NCBI GenBank assembly: GCA_024137785.1
Contig: JAHRHZ010000058.1
Span: 14,804,831-14,868,830, forward strand
DNA length: 64,000 nucleotides
Direction: 5' to 3'
Source of the DNA: Ginglymostoma cirratum
Lineage: Eukaryota
Shown: positions 1 through 12,639 of the stretch, piece after piece
Layout: every line of letters starts with the position of its first letter
How positions within the stretch are numbered: the stretch's first letter is position 1
Made by a program: the position numbers and the translations under genes
Notes under the pieces: generated by a model
What the model saw: only the letters and a program-made list of their open reading frames with translations
Databases searched by the model: none
Told to the model about the DNA's origin: nothing

Positions 1-1394
1 AACCAGTGTGTTTAGTTTTCTGAGCACTGATTTTTTAAGATGAACTTTAAACAGATCTGTTTCCAATAAACTAATGTTTAATTTATTTCTCTGCAGTTTT
101 GTTTTATTTCTCTGCCTTTAGTGGGGCTGACAATTAAATTACAGTAAGCACCTAGGCATTTGGTCAGGTTACATGTTAAGATCTTAAAAATATGTACACA
201 ATAATCTTTAGGTCTCAAGTAGGACCTGTGAATGCGAGTTCATTGTTAACCATGCCACCAGTGACAATCAATTGAAAAATTTCCCTTTCTATTTCAAAAA
301 TATTATGATATATTATCATGATACAGCTGTATACTTTGCTCAAGAATGAGTCTAGATAGCGATGCCTCACAAAAGGTATCACTAGATGGACAAGCCAGTA
401 CTACACCACACAATGTACTTACTCATTGAATCAGCAAAAGAAGACCGAGTTTACTTGAACATTGGAAATCTGAAATTTCTGATCACATTTTTGACATGAA
501 ACTTAGAACTCTCTTTCTCTGTTGGGATGCAGTGGCATGCAGTCTGCAGTAAGGATTAAATATAATGTTAAATTGTTATTGTAAACCACATGCATTTAAA
601 AAAATTACAGGCTAACAAAAATACAAACAGCAGAAAATCATGACAGACTCTAATTTAGGTAAGTGATTATATGATCTCTAATTGAGTACATTTGTCTTTT
701 AATAATCCTTATTCCACCACTGAACTAAAGTTGACTAATAATTTAAAATAACCTTTCTGTATAAGCTAGAAATGAAAATTCAGATGTCTGTTAGTAATTT
801 TCTTTGTATCTGCTCTGAATTGGTCTGTTGTTAAGAAATGATTAGCTAAAGTAATCTTGTAATGCTCAACTTTCGATATTGTGTAATGGAAAAGTTTTGT
901 ATACATCTAATTAGGTTGCAAAGGTCAGTTGTGAATTGAAATTAAACAGGCTCAGACATATACAGATGATGCTGAACATGCCAGATGAGTTCTGTTTTAG
1001 AAAGTAAAATAAGATGATACTTAGTGAATTTTTGTAAAATAACCGGGTCAGAGAGCACACATGTCTCTTGTTTTATTGTTTCTCAAATACAATATCCTTG
1101 GAGTAGATTTATGGCAAAGTTTTTGTTTATCTGTCTATAATTTTCCAGATAAAACTGCTGAGAAATAATGCATCTTATACTTGTGATTTGCACACTCTTG
1201 ACGTATGAATTTCCAGGAGAAGTTACAACAAAAGGCAAACAAGACTATTTATAATGTGTTCACACATTGTGAGTAGAACTGGTAAATGAGTTTCCAGGTG
1301 ACTCAATCACTAGAGAATTAGAGATCCTTACATTTTAGGAGTTCAACATTCATTCTGTACTGAGTTTGATAATTCCAAGGGGGCATATTATTTT

Positions 1395-1720
1395 GTTATT
1401 GATTCCTGGGATATGGATGTAGTTAGTAAGGCTAGCATTTATTGCCGGTCACTAATTATTCTGGTAAAATATAATTGAGCTTATGAGCTGCTGCAGTTTG
1501 TGAGGCAAATTCTCTGCCATGTTACTCTTGGGTAGAGAGTTCCAGAATTCCATGCTAGTGACATGATATCATATCTCCAAACCAGAATAGTGTGCAACTT
1601 GGAGGGGAAGGTGGAGGTGTTCCCAGCACCTGTTACCTTTGGTTTTAAAGATTTTAGAGGTCACAGGTCCTGTTGAAGAGTAGGTGCAGTGCATCCTATA
1701 GATAGTGCAAGGTACACGTA
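1395..1720 (-). mobile_element. Decayed 3' fragment of a CR1/L2-group LINE (same family as 14578-16985)
   Basis: Resembles 14580-14900 in this window: 'ggctagcatttattgcc', 'gggtagagagttccagaat', 'gtgtgcaacttggaggggaa'. Confidence 0.6.
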
Positions 1721-3596
1721 CTGGTGAATGTTGAAAGATGATTTGGTGTGCGACAGATGACTTCAGCAGCCCTCAATTAGGGCTTAATTACAAACGAGTT
1801 GGAATTACAAGATAGTGAATGTTGGGTGAAGAGATGGGCTCAGCTGTGATGTAACCTATGGCTTGGTGACATTCATTAATTGGGTTCACGTGATGAACGG
1901 CTACTCAGATAAGATGGAGAATGGTCGAAGATAAATGTAGTAATTTAGTCAATCATAATTCACTATCTTCTGGAGAGAAAGAGATAGGAGGGAGAAAAAT
2001 GAGAAAGGGGCTAGTATACTAAGTTCCTTTTATGACAAGAGGCCAATATATCTAGTTGGGAGTTAGTGCGTTGTTGTAACAAAATACAAGGTGTGAGACT
2101 ACTCAGCTATGTATTGGAAGTCATCTTGAGTTTGTTGTTAGTTTCCTTTATGACTCAAATTTGAAACGTGTTCATTCTATTGCCCATTTTCCTCTACTTT
2201 TCTGCCTTCTTCCCCCTGCCTATTTCCTGAGGTTAGAGATTGCCAGCTGATCAATCATAACTCTCATTAGTCCATGTATTATATCCACTCAACAGCTCTC
2301 ATCCACCTCGCCTTCCCAAACTATTAACCATTCCTTACCTCTGTGCTTTCTACTCACTCATTGTGGACACCTCACCACCAAACCTCCTTCTGCAACAGGA
2401 GTGGACGGCTTTGACTTTCAGGCATCAACAGTTGGTTGAAGCACATGTGGTGTGTTTGTCGTGCAAGCTGTTGATACATGCAGTAAGTGTAACATTGGTG
2501 TAGCTCGGTGCCATACAACAAGATGTTCACCCACTTGACAGGTCAGTTCTCTGAACTGAGACAAGCTGCCTATCTTCCCCACTTCACTTTAAACAAAACC
2601 AAGTCACATAGACTAGCAACCTCCAAGTAGGGAAAAAGTGAATGAGTGCTAAGGAAAGAAGAGCCATAAAATCTATCCTGTGTAGATGCATGAGATGCAC
2701 GTACACCCCTACAGGTAAAATGATCTGGCAGAAGCTTGGAAGTCATAAGTGTCCCTGAAGTCCAAACTCCTGAAGAGCAGTGAGAGTTGGCCTGAAAGCA
2801 GCCATGATGATGTGGTGAGGCAGGTGGTTTGTGGATGCCAACTTCTGTGGATGAAGGGTGGAACAGGATGGTGTCCATGAAGACAAAGTTGAAGGAAGGC
2901 CTGGAGATGTAAATGGAAAGTTACTGCTGCCAGGTTATTGCTCTGACTTCCACGGTAGAAATTGGCCCTATCTAGTTTCCTGGAGAAAGAGGAGAATTGG
3001 AAGTGGCATATAAATTAGGTGAGGATGGGCTAATAATGAGATACAAATATATGGAAATAGCATAGTTGGCACTTCATAGTGAACTTGCCGTTTAAACCTT
3101 AAAAATAATTTTGGAATTTTTCCTTAAATTTGAGAATCTGACTTTTCCATTGTCGCCATTTTTCTAAACTTTCTTGCCATTGTCCCTGCCATTGGAGAGG
3201 AGAAAATTTCACCCATTGTAAACTGTCATTGTAGAATTTTGATGTACAAACTCATACTAATTCTTGAAATGACAGTATTTACAGGAGGATGTTGAAAGTA
3301 GCTTTCACACAGATTAAAACACCTCAAAGCCTTTTCTGTGTAAAAATTGTTCTTAATTTAAATTTTTTTGTAGGTAGAGACAGTAGCTATTGTTCTCAGC
3401 TTCAGAATCCAACATAAACCATCCAGAATATTTTCTTTCTATAGCAAGCAGGGTACTGAACAAATCTATGATATCAGGCACGGTCAATAATACAGCTGTG
3501 CACATAACTGCCCATTAGTGCTGGACTTCATTATGAACATGATGAACTGCATGAATAAATGATTTTTGTAAATAAAGAGTTTGCATTTGTATGCTA

Positions 3597-3978
3597 TAAT
3601 AAAAACAGGAAATGCTGGAGAATAGTAACAGCTGTGACAGCATCTGTGGAGAGAAATAAAAACAGAAGTTGCTGGAAAAGCTCACCAGGTCTGGCAGCAT
3701 CTGTGAAGAAAAAATCAGAGTTAATGTCTTGGGTCTGGTGATGCCTTCCTCAGAACTGAGTAAGTTCCTGATGTACAGCACCAAGTTTTTATTCTGTGGA
3801 GAGAGAAGCAAAGTTAGTTTTGAGTTCAGGACAGTTTGAGTTCTGAAGAATTTGAAGTCCGATTCGAAGTGTTAATCCTGAATTCTCTGCCCACAGACCC
3901 TGCTCTACCTGCTGGGTTTCTCCAGCATTTTCTGTTTTTTTTCTTCAGATTTTCAGCATGTGCAGTATTTTGCCTTTA
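3597..3978. mobile_element. Old PLE-derived head-to-head element (family B) containing a nested family-B copy at 3655-3792
   Basis: Left arm 'aaaacaggaaatgctggagaa...cagcatctgtggagaga' is the reverse complement of right arm 'tctctgcccacagaccctgct...tttctccagcattttctgtttt'. Degenerate HHR core ctgaaga at 3843. Direct repeat tctgtggagaga at 3643-3654 and 3793-3804. Confidence 0.65.
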
Positions 3979-5449
3979 TTTGTGCACTTGTATAATACAT
4001 GTTGTAACCTCAGACATTGTAAATAACTTCGCAGACAATGATTTGTTTTTGAAATGTAGTCACCTTTGCTTTGTAAAGCAAGATCAGCAATTGATTTATG
4101 AGTAGCAAGGTTTCACAAACAGCAATGAGATAAATTATCAGTCAACGTCTTCCTTGGTTGTGCTGGTTGATACATTAATATTTTTCAGATAGTGCCATGG
4201 GGAGTTTTTACATTCACCAGAATTTTATTTTAACGGGAGGGATCTTATAAAGGTAAAGGCCTGAGAATTGCTTGGATCTGTACACTTGGGGTGACCTGTC
4301 TCTGCAGGTAGTTGACCTGGCGTACAGCTGCCGGAAATTCAGCTGGTGAGCACAGGACTCTGTTAAACTACTGGAGTAGATGTGTCAAAGAGGCCACAGA
4401 GGGCCAGGGGAGTGATCATGATGCCCGTGGGATTGGGGAAATCAACTCACAACCTTGCTTCTAAAGTATTGGTGGTGACTGGGGAATTCTCCTGGCTCTG
4501 CAGAAAAATAAAATGCTTTTAAAGAAAGAAATTGTTAAAAAAAAAACTTCTGTTGGATTCCGTAGAAGTTCACTAAAGAAGTTGGAGTATCTCAGGCCAG
4601 ACCTCACAGCTTGGGTACAGGCTGTTTCACTGCCATATTAAAACGTTTTGCACCCATTTTAAATCTGAAAAGCAATATAGTACATAATACTTTCCACCTC
4701 AGAGAATTCCATTAGGATTTTTAAAAGTCAGTTGCAATTAGTTAAGATTAAGGTTAATATTCTCGTGGGTTTTGTTTGCTTGCTTCAATTGATTTTTTAA
4801 AAAAAGTTATGAAAATGCCGTGTACTTATGGAAATTACTTTAGAAAGAATTCTGTGATGCTGAGAGTATAAAGGAGTTGGACTAACATCAATACATTTTT
4901 CAGTAAGAAGATCAATAGTGATGATACTGGGAGGTTGAAGCTGTCTGCCAGAACCCTGTGCTTCCATTCCTAAAACCTTATTCTGGCAGAATTATACACC
5001 CTTGAATATTGTTGGTAGGAGCCAGGGGTGTGGAAGGGTGATAGTGCCTGAAGTGGGTTTGTGTGAACCACAGCCAGGTTTGAGCTCCTGAGTACTGTCC
5101 AGGGACCTTTGTTGTAAAGCACACTGGGTGGTTGTTGAGGGAGGGGACAATTGAAGAAAACTGTGGTGTCCTGAGTAATCCAAACAGCAAGCTGCCACTC
5201 ATTGTTCAGGCTGATCACTAGAGTATAACTGGAACTGTGTAACCTTCGGAGGGGCAGATGGAAAATTAGAAAAGAAAGCTCCCTTACTAATTAGCTCATA
5301 AATTGTTGCATAATTACCATTTTTAATGAATCCAGATGGTGCTGTTCATTATTTGAATGCTGAAGATTATTTGAAAGCTCTACACTTATTGAGCAGATTC
5401 TGATTGAATTTATCTTGGATGCATAGCCAGTTGTAGTTATTTTAATCAA

Positions 5450-5550
5450 CCTGTTCAGACATGTTCTGACACAACTCTGGGGCAGGTGGGACTTGTACCT
5501 GGACCTTTTGGCCGAGATGTAGGGACACTACTACCATGTCAGAAGAGCCA
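5450..5550 (-). mobile_element. Short (~100 bp) tRNA-like SINE; related copies near 33540-33645 (-), 34190-34285 (-), 36160-36280 (-), 42780-42870 (+)
   Basis: Copies share 'cctgttcagacatgtt..acacacctctggagcaggtgggacttgaacc..agggacactaccac'. The minus strand reads as a tRNA-like head with a box-B-like 'ggttcaagtccc'. Confidence 0.6.
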
Positions 5551-5595
5551 TCACAGTCAGTTGTAGCCTGTGTAAATTTCCCTTATTTCATATCT

Positions 5596-5775
5596 GGGGT
5601 GGTCAATTAGCTCAGTTGGCTGGAATTCTGGTTTGCGACGCAGAGTGACGCCAGCAGCGTGGTTCACTTCTCATACAGACTGAGATCACATGAAGGTCCT
5701 GCCTTCTCAACCTTGCCTGAGGCGTAATGACCCTCCGGTTAAACTCCCTAACAGCGAGAGAGTGGGACAATGGCA
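5596..5775 (+). mobile_element. tRNA-derived SINE (second copy at about 9851-10050)
   Basis: Box-A-like 'tagctcagttgg'. Shares 'gcagagtgac' and 'ggtcctgccttctcaaccttgc...tgaccctc..ttaaac' with 9860-10005. Confidence 0.6.
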
Positions 5776-7249
5776 ATTTGTCTTCATCTTTCCTCCTTGA
5801 GGCATTAACTATTACTGCAGACTGGTTTTACAGTATATGCAGTCTCCACCAAGCAGTCATTGTTCAGGAGAGAATCTAAACATTGAACACCAGGAGTCTT
5901 AGTCCCATGATGGATGTCACAACTAAGCCACACAGCATCAGGCACACACACACTTTTCAGCATGGTTTACTGGACAGTGATCAAATGTGTGAACCATACA
6001 TACTTTTTTGAATTCTAACCAAGGATCTTCTTGAACTATGTGATTTAGTTCTAAATTCTGTGGTCACTAGGAAAATGTTTGGTTAAGAGTCCCGGCTTTT
6101 AGAAGTTCCTCAGCTGTATTTCTGGGTAAACATTGTATGGTTAGGAAAGTAACAGGGAATATTTGCTTGAAGGAATCTATCTTATCTCCCTTTAGGTGCT
6201 TGGCAATAATATTCTTTGTCTGAATCTTTGTCTATGTTTGCGGAAAACCCACCCTGTGCACATTTGTCACTCACAAACTGTTCAACATGTGATTCCACAG
6301 ATGTTTTTGTCTTTTCACAGCTGGTTCAGATTTGTAGTGGAGTTTGCAGGCTGTACTGGAGTATGTGAAGACTATAGGTGAGGAGGCGAGCTAGTTAGAG
6401 CATCTACATCAACAACTCAGTACAGTATCCTAGTTCCAAAAGTGTTCAAAGGCCCCCTTCAATCCCCCACCTATTCCCAAACAGGTTCTTGTCTGTTCAG
6501 ATTATGCATGCTACTTCTGTGGCCCCATGTATTCTTCATAACTACTTATCCAGTATGCATTGTATACAATCCTCAGATTCCATGCAATATCAATGGAATT
6601 TTTTCCCTTCAAAGAATGTAAAACCACTCACCATCGTATATAAATCTCTGTATCATTGATTCAGAGAAGAGAATGCGTTCTTTCCTGTGAGAAAAAAACC
6701 CTGTAATACTTATAATCTTATTACTTGTGTCAACAAACCAAAAAAAGGCACACACTATCAGGATGCTATTATTATAACTTCTTGAAAATGTAATGAATGG
6801 AGCACCTGTTTTACTCAAACCCATTAGTGATTAAAGCTCAACTAAGCATTGATAATGACCACAGCTATACAAATAATACACAACTTTCTGGAGAACGATA
6901 GAAGGACAGATGCTCAATTCAATTTCAAAGCAGAATGTCTGCCAATCAATGAAAGGGAACAAGTGGCAGTATGGATATGTTAACTATTGAAAAGCAGTTT
7001 TATATTTTTAGCAGTCAGAGCTATTTAAATCATAGTTGAAAAGATAATACAGACTGACAGGACATTTTGTAACTTTTTTTTATCACAGCACAGTGCTTTC
7101 TATATTGGAAAAGCACTGGAATGCAAGTGAAACACACATGTGATCTGGTCAATCTAAGGGTCAGCCCAAGTGATGATTCACCCCCTTGAACTTTTTTAGT
7201 TGGAATTATGAGATGAGTGATAAAAATCCTTAATTTATCAAGATTAACA

Positions 7250-7358
7250 CATCGGTTTGAAAGGAGGAAAACCACACACCAATGCTTCCTAGACACTATC
7301 AGTCACCAAGGGTGCCTAGGAGGTATTGGTGTGTAGTTTATGTCCTTTCAAACCAATG
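7250..7358. repeat. Inverted repeat with ~46 bp arms and a 15 nt spacer
   Basis: 7251-7296 versus the reverse complement of 7312-7357: 38/46 identical by manual alignment. Confidence 0.85.
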
Positions 7359-8780
7359 GAAGAGAACATATAACGCAGCAAAATTTCATATGGAAACTAA
7401 GTTGTTACAGCTAAAGCCTATATACATAAAAACAGTCAAGTGGCTCACACTGATTAGTAAGTATGAGTTTGTCCACACTTCCAATTCGTGTCTAAAGGTG
7501 CTTTGAGTTAATTGCCCCATGACTTGGATGAAAACTTTATAGTTCTCCTGAGCCTAATATTATTACAGTCAGATTCTTCAAATTAGAATTTATGCTATTT
7601 TTAAGTTTAGGAATTAAAATCATTAAAACTCACTGCTGTCACACATGGGATTGAATTTTTCTCGTCTTTGAATGATGTGTGCAGTGGCAAGTCTGTTGGG
7701 AAAATATAGTGAGATCAGAAAAATGAGATTCTTGGTATTTGAAAAAAAATGAGGTAAGCAGCAGGGAATTGCATAAGATAACTTGCTAGGACTCATGCAG
7801 AGAATCCCTCCGTGAAACTTTTGGAAATTGACACTTAAGTCAATTTTTAGTAAAATCAGCCCATTGTCCTTTTCCTCTAAGTTTGAGTCTGTCTTGGTAG
7901 GAGTTTTCACAAAAAAGCTTTGCGTCAATCATCCAGTGCTAGTTCCTGATTTCTTTCAATTTATAAATATTACAACATGCCCATTTGAAGAGTGTTTGAA
8001 AAGGGGGAGAAAGCGAGATAAGGGAAGAATAAACTGCACTTGGGAATCAGTGAGTTAACGTTTTGAAATTTCTGCATTCCGCTTTAATGCAGAATAATGG
8101 AAAATAGTAATGGGTAATGGTAAATACCTTGAGGCAGAACTATCTTCACAACAGCCGTGGATTGTGTTAAGATGGTCCTTTTGCTCAGTATTCTACATTA
8201 TTCATTGTTGGGCAGGGGAGAATAATAATGAAAATCTATATGATTTGGAATAATTTTCATGGTATCTCATAACTGTCTGGATGGAATAAATGTTGAAAAA
8301 AATGGGCCATCTGTCAATAACAATAATATTATAGTAAATCCTTTATTTCTTCATGTTATTTCATGTCTTTAAAGATAATAGAAGTTTTTTTTATTATGTA
8401 GCATGGCTTTTCTTTATCTTCTTAAAACATCCACTTCACACCCCCTCCCCACTAATCTTACTAACTGCTGATTTACAGATTCTGATGGTTGCTTAGAGTA
8501 ATGTATTGTTTTTATCCAAAGTTACATTTTCTCAACTTAAATCATATCTGACACATATGAACAATACTTGTAATCTTTACAGATAATTTCGATGTTACCT
8601 AACTTCCTTTTAGTTAGGAAAAAGTTAGTAATGGGCTAGAATTTCACGAGGATGTTTGTTTAAAAGTGTGATAGCTCCCTCCTCCCATCTGCTTTGCTAT
8701 AGTCATGTCTCAATCTCTCCTTTACCTGCAAGTTTAAAGGGAGAAACTTAGTTTCTCAAAATCATTACAATGTTTGGTTA

Positions 8781-9848
8781 GAGATAGTAGGAACTGCAGA
8801 TGCTGGAGAATCTGAGATAACAAGGCGTAGAGCTGGATGAACACAGCAGGCCCAGCAGCATCAGAGGAGCAGGAAAGCTGAGGTTTTGGACCTAGACCCT
8901 TCTTCAGAAATGGGGGAGGGGAAGGGGTTTCTGAAATAAATAGGGAGAGAGGGGGAGACGGATAAAAGATGGATAGAGGAGAGGATAGGTGGAGAGGAGA
9001 CAGACAGGTCAAAGAGGCGGGGATGGAGCCAGTAAAGATGAGTGTAGATGGGGAGTTAGGGAGGGGATAGGTCAGTCCAGGGAGGACGGACAGGTCAAGG
9101 GGGCGGGATAAGGCTAGTAGGTAGGAGCTGGGGGTGGGGCTTGAGGTGGGAGGAGGGGATAGGTGGGAGGAAGGATAGATTAGGGAGGCGGGGACGAGCT
9201 GGGCTGGGTTTTGGTATGCGATAGTGGGAGGGGAGATTTTGAAGCTTGTGAAGTCCATTGATACCATTGGGCTGCAGGGTTCCCAAGCAGAATATGAGGT
9301 GCTGTTCCTGCAACCTTTGGGTGGCATCGTTGTGGCACTACAGGAGGCCCAGGATGGACATGTCGTCTGCGGAATGGGAGGGGGAGTTGAAATGGTTCGT
9401 GACTGGGAGGTGCAGTTGTTTAGTGCGAACCGAGCGTAGGTGTTCCGCAAAGCGGTCCCCAAGCCTCCGCTTGGTTTCCCCGATGTAGAGGAGGCCACAA
9501 TGGGAACAGCGGATACAGTGTACCACATTAGCAGATGTGCTGGTGAACATTTGCTTGATGTGGAAAGTCTTCTTGGGGCCTGGGATGGTGGTGAGGGGGG
9601 AGGTGTGGGGGCAGGTGTAGCACTTCCTGCGGTTGCAAGGAAAAGTGCCGGGTGTGGTGGGGCTGGAGGGGAGTGTGGAGTGGACAAGGGAGTCCTGGAG
9701 AGAGTGGTCCCTCCGGAAAGCAGACAAGGGTGGAGAGGGAAAAATGTCTTTGGTGGTGGGGTCGGATTGCAGATGGCGGATGTGTCGGAGGATGATGCGT
9801 TGGATCCAGAGGTTGGTGGGGTGGTACATGACGACGAGGGGGATGTCG
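8781..9848 (-). mobile_element. 5'-truncated Penelope-like retroelement (family A, probably Neptune-type): endonuclease region, pyrimidine-rich 3' region, decayed HHR motif and 3' tail
   Basis: GIY-YIG protein on the minus strand. The 3' ~460 nt match 21844-22306. Sense end is '...ttgttatctcagattctccagcatctgcagttcctactatctc'. Confidence 0.9.
9235..9829 (-). pseudogene. PLE C-terminal GIY-YIG endonuclease with Cys-rich linker, interrupted by an in-frame stop at 9338-9340
   Basis: 'CNRRKCYTC...NVVHCIRCSHCGLLYIGETKRRLGDRFAEH...PVTNHFN', continuing past the stop as 'EQHLIFCLGTLQPNGIN'. Typical PLE VxY-YIG, R, H, E and GxN motifs. Confidence 0.88.
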
Positions 9849-9850
9849 TT

Positions 9851-10050
9851 AGATCAGTTAGACCAGTTGGCTGGATGGCTGTTTTGTGATGCAGAGTGAC
9901 ACAATTAGTACAAGCTCAATTCCTGTACTGGCTGAAGTAACCATGGAGGTCCTGCCTTCTCAACCTTGCTCCTTTCCTGAAGCGTGGTGACCCTCAGATT
10001 AAACGTGTTACCAGTTGTTTCTTTCTAACGAGAGAGGAGCTTATGGTCCC
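9851..10050 (+). mobile_element. tRNA-derived SINE, abutted by the truncated 5' end of the PLE
   Basis: Homologous to 5596-5775. Confidence 0.55.
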
Positions 10051-10357
10051 TTTCTGCCGATTGGAGTCATGCCTGGCACATAGGAAAACGGTTGTGGCTG
10101 TTGGAGGTCAGTTATCTTGGCTCCAGGACATCCCTGCAGGAGTTAGTCTTCAGGGTTCTATCCTTGGGCCCAACCACCTTTAACTGCTTCATCAATTACC
10201 TTCCATCCATAGTAAATTCAGAAGTGGGAACGTTCGCTGACTATTGCATTATGTTCAGCACTATTCATGACTCCTCAGATACTGAAGCAGTCCATGTTCA
10301 AATGCAACAAGATCTGCACATTACCAGACTTGGGCTGACAAGTGGCAAGTAACATTC

Positions 10358-11833
10358 ATAGAGTCATAGAGATGTACAGCAGAGAAACAGACCCTTTGAT
10401 CTGATTCATCCATGCTGATCAGATATCCTAAACTAATCTAGTCCCAGAGATAGTAGGAACTGCAGATGCTGGAGAATCTGAGACAACAAGGTGTAGAGCT
10501 GGATGAACACATCAGGCCAAGCAGCATCAGAGGAGCATGAAAGGTCTGAAGAAGGGTCTAGACTCAAAACGTCAGCTTTTCTGCTCCTCTGATGCTGCTT
10601 GGCCTGCTGTGTTCATCCAGCTCTACACCTTGTTGTGTCTTAATCTAGTCCCATTTGCCATTATTTGACCTATATCCCTCTAAAGCCTTCCAATTCATAT
10701 ACCCATCCAGATGCCTTTTAAATTGTGCAATTGTACCAGCCTCCATCACTTCGTCTGGCAGCTTATTCCATACACATACCACCCTCTGCATGAAGTTGCT
10801 GCCCCTTAGGTCCCTTTTAAATCTTTCACCAGTTCCTTTAAACCCATGCTGTCTAGTTTTGGACTCCCCTACCATGGGGAAAAGACTTTGACTATTCACC
10901 CTGTCCATGCCCCTCATGATTTGATAAATCTCCATAACGTCACCCCTCAGCCTACGATGCTCCACGGAAAATAGCCCCAGCTTATTCAGCTGAAACCCAA
11001 TGCTGGCAACATCCTTGTGAATCTTTCCTGAACCCTTTCAAGTTTCACAACATCATTCCTATAAAGGGTGATCAGAATTGCACACAGTATTCCAAAAGTG
11101 GCCTAACCAATGTCCTGTACAGCTGCAACATGACCTCCCAACTCCTATACTCAATGCATTGACCAATAAAAGTAAGTGTACCAAATGCCTTCTTCACCAT
11201 CCTGTTTACTTGCAACTCCACTTTCAAGGATCTGTGAACCTGCACTCCAAAGTCTCTTTGTTCAGTAACACTCCCCAGGACCTTACCATTAAGTGTATAA
11301 GTCCTGCCCTGATTTCCCCTACCAAAATATTGTCTCACATTTATCTAGATTAAGCTCCATCTGCCGCTCCTAAGCCCATCTGCCCATCTGATCAAGGTCC
11401 TGCTGTACCCTGAGGTAATCTTCTTTGTTGTCCACTACATCTCCAGTTTTGGTGTCATCTGCAAACTTACTAACCAGACCTCCTATATTCATATCCAAAT
11501 CATTTATATACATGAAAAAAATAGTAGACCCAGCACTGATCCTTGTTGCACTCTGCTTGTCACAGGCCTCTGGTCCAAAAAACAACCTGCATCACCACTG
11601 ACTGTCTCCTATCTTTAAGGCGATTGTGTACCCAAATGGCTAGTTCTCCCTGTATTCCTCGTGATCTGATCTTGTTAACCTGTCGACCATGAGGAACCTT
11701 GTCATACGCCTTATATGAAGTCCATATAGACAACATCCAATGCTCTGCCTTCATCAATACTGTTCATCATTTCTGCAAAAAACTCAATCAAGTTAGTGAT
11801 ACACGATTTCCCATGTACAAAGCCATGTTGAGT
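10358..11833 (-). mobile_element. 5'-truncated CR1 LINE (HER1-like): decayed ORF2 RT/C-terminus plus 3' UTR
   Basis: 'KAYDKVPH', 'YINDLD...SKFADDTK', 'YRTLVRPLLEYCVQF', 'RRLRGD...WNKLP...FKRHLD...GKWD*', and a CR1-type tail (ctctatga)2 at about 10356-10371. Confidence 0.9.
10447..10640. mobile_element. PLE family-A head-to-head hairpin element with central HHR core and 13 bp TSD
   Basis: TSD taatctagtccca at 10434-10446 and 10641-10653. Arms about 10481-10545 and 10574-10640. Core ctgaaga-agggtctagactc-aaaa-cgtc at 10546-10573 (GAAA decayed to AAAA). Confidence 0.9.
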
Positions 11834-12639
11834 ATTCGCGCCACACAAATGCCAGGTAATGACCATCTAGAATAAAAAATAATCTGACTACTACCCCTTG
11901 ACATTCAATGGTGTAATGTTCATGAATCCCTACCCCGCTCCCCATCAACATTCTTGCAGTCACTGTTGACTAGAAACTAAACTGCATTCACCACATAAAC
12001 ACAATGGCTACAAGAACAGGTCAGAGGCTAGGATTACTGCTGCGAGTAACTCATTCCAGACTTCCCAAAACCTATTCACCATCTACAAGGCACAAGTCAG
12101 GAGTATGATGGAATATTCCCCACTTGCCTTAATGAGTGCAGCCCCAACACCACTCAAGAAGCTTGACACCATCCAGGACAAAGCAGCCACTTGATTGGCA
12201 CCACATTTACAAACATCCATTCCCCCCACCACCAATGCCCAGAAGGAGCAGTGTGTACTATCTTCTAGATGTGCTGTAGAAATTCACCAAATATCATATC
12301 ATTCAAAAATAAACTATTTTGACATATTGTTTTAAAATCATTTGTGAGTAAGAAGCAATTTTGAAATCCTGTGATTGGCTGAGGAAGGACCAAATTCAGT
12401 ATTTGAAAAATTCAATATTTTGTGTAAGCAGCGATTGTTTTGAATTTTCACTAACATTTATAATTATAAGCATGTTAGCTTGTTATCTGTGGTAAGGGGA
12501 AAAAAAAGTCTTTCATTAAGTATGAAATGACCATATGACTGGATAAAGAGAAATCATTGGAAATTGCCCACATAAATTTCAAAAGACAATTCTGTGCTTG
12601 ACGTACTCTTTGAGGAGGCAGCAAACATCGTAAATTTTG

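Larger units (their letters stand above)
10062..12291 (+). mobile_element. CR1/L2-group LINE RT fragment split by the insertion at 10358-11833
   Basis: 'LGPTTFNCFINYLPSIVNSEVGTFADYC' (FADD-like RT motif). Sequence breaks at 'aagtggcaagtaacattc' (10357) and resumes at 'attcgcgccacacaaatgccagg' (11834), then 'TIYKAQVRSMMEYSPL'. Confidence 0.8.

Noticed and set aside
460-520. Possible extremely decayed family-B HHR element
   Set aside because: Too diverged (ctgatca...gaaac) to distinguish from chance.
2400-2900. Possible Harbinger transposase relic (GCFQ resembling GSFQ)
   Set aside because: Only one short motif, and the DDE motifs could not be recovered by eye.
8734-9687. Longest ORF (317 aa, Pro/Ser-rich)
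   Set aside because: Alternative frame over the PLE endonuclease and its C/T-rich 3' region. Low stop frequency explains it, and the GIY-YIG motifs are in another frame.
9224-9899. Plus-strand ORFs rich in Gly/Val
   Set aside because: Antisense shadows of the PLE.
10447-10640. Hairpin elements as DNA-transposon MITEs
   Set aside because: The arms are the 3' end of a retroelement present in this window, the inverted repeats are asymmetric (one-sided tail), and the 13 bp TSD matches that of a non-inverted PLE copy.
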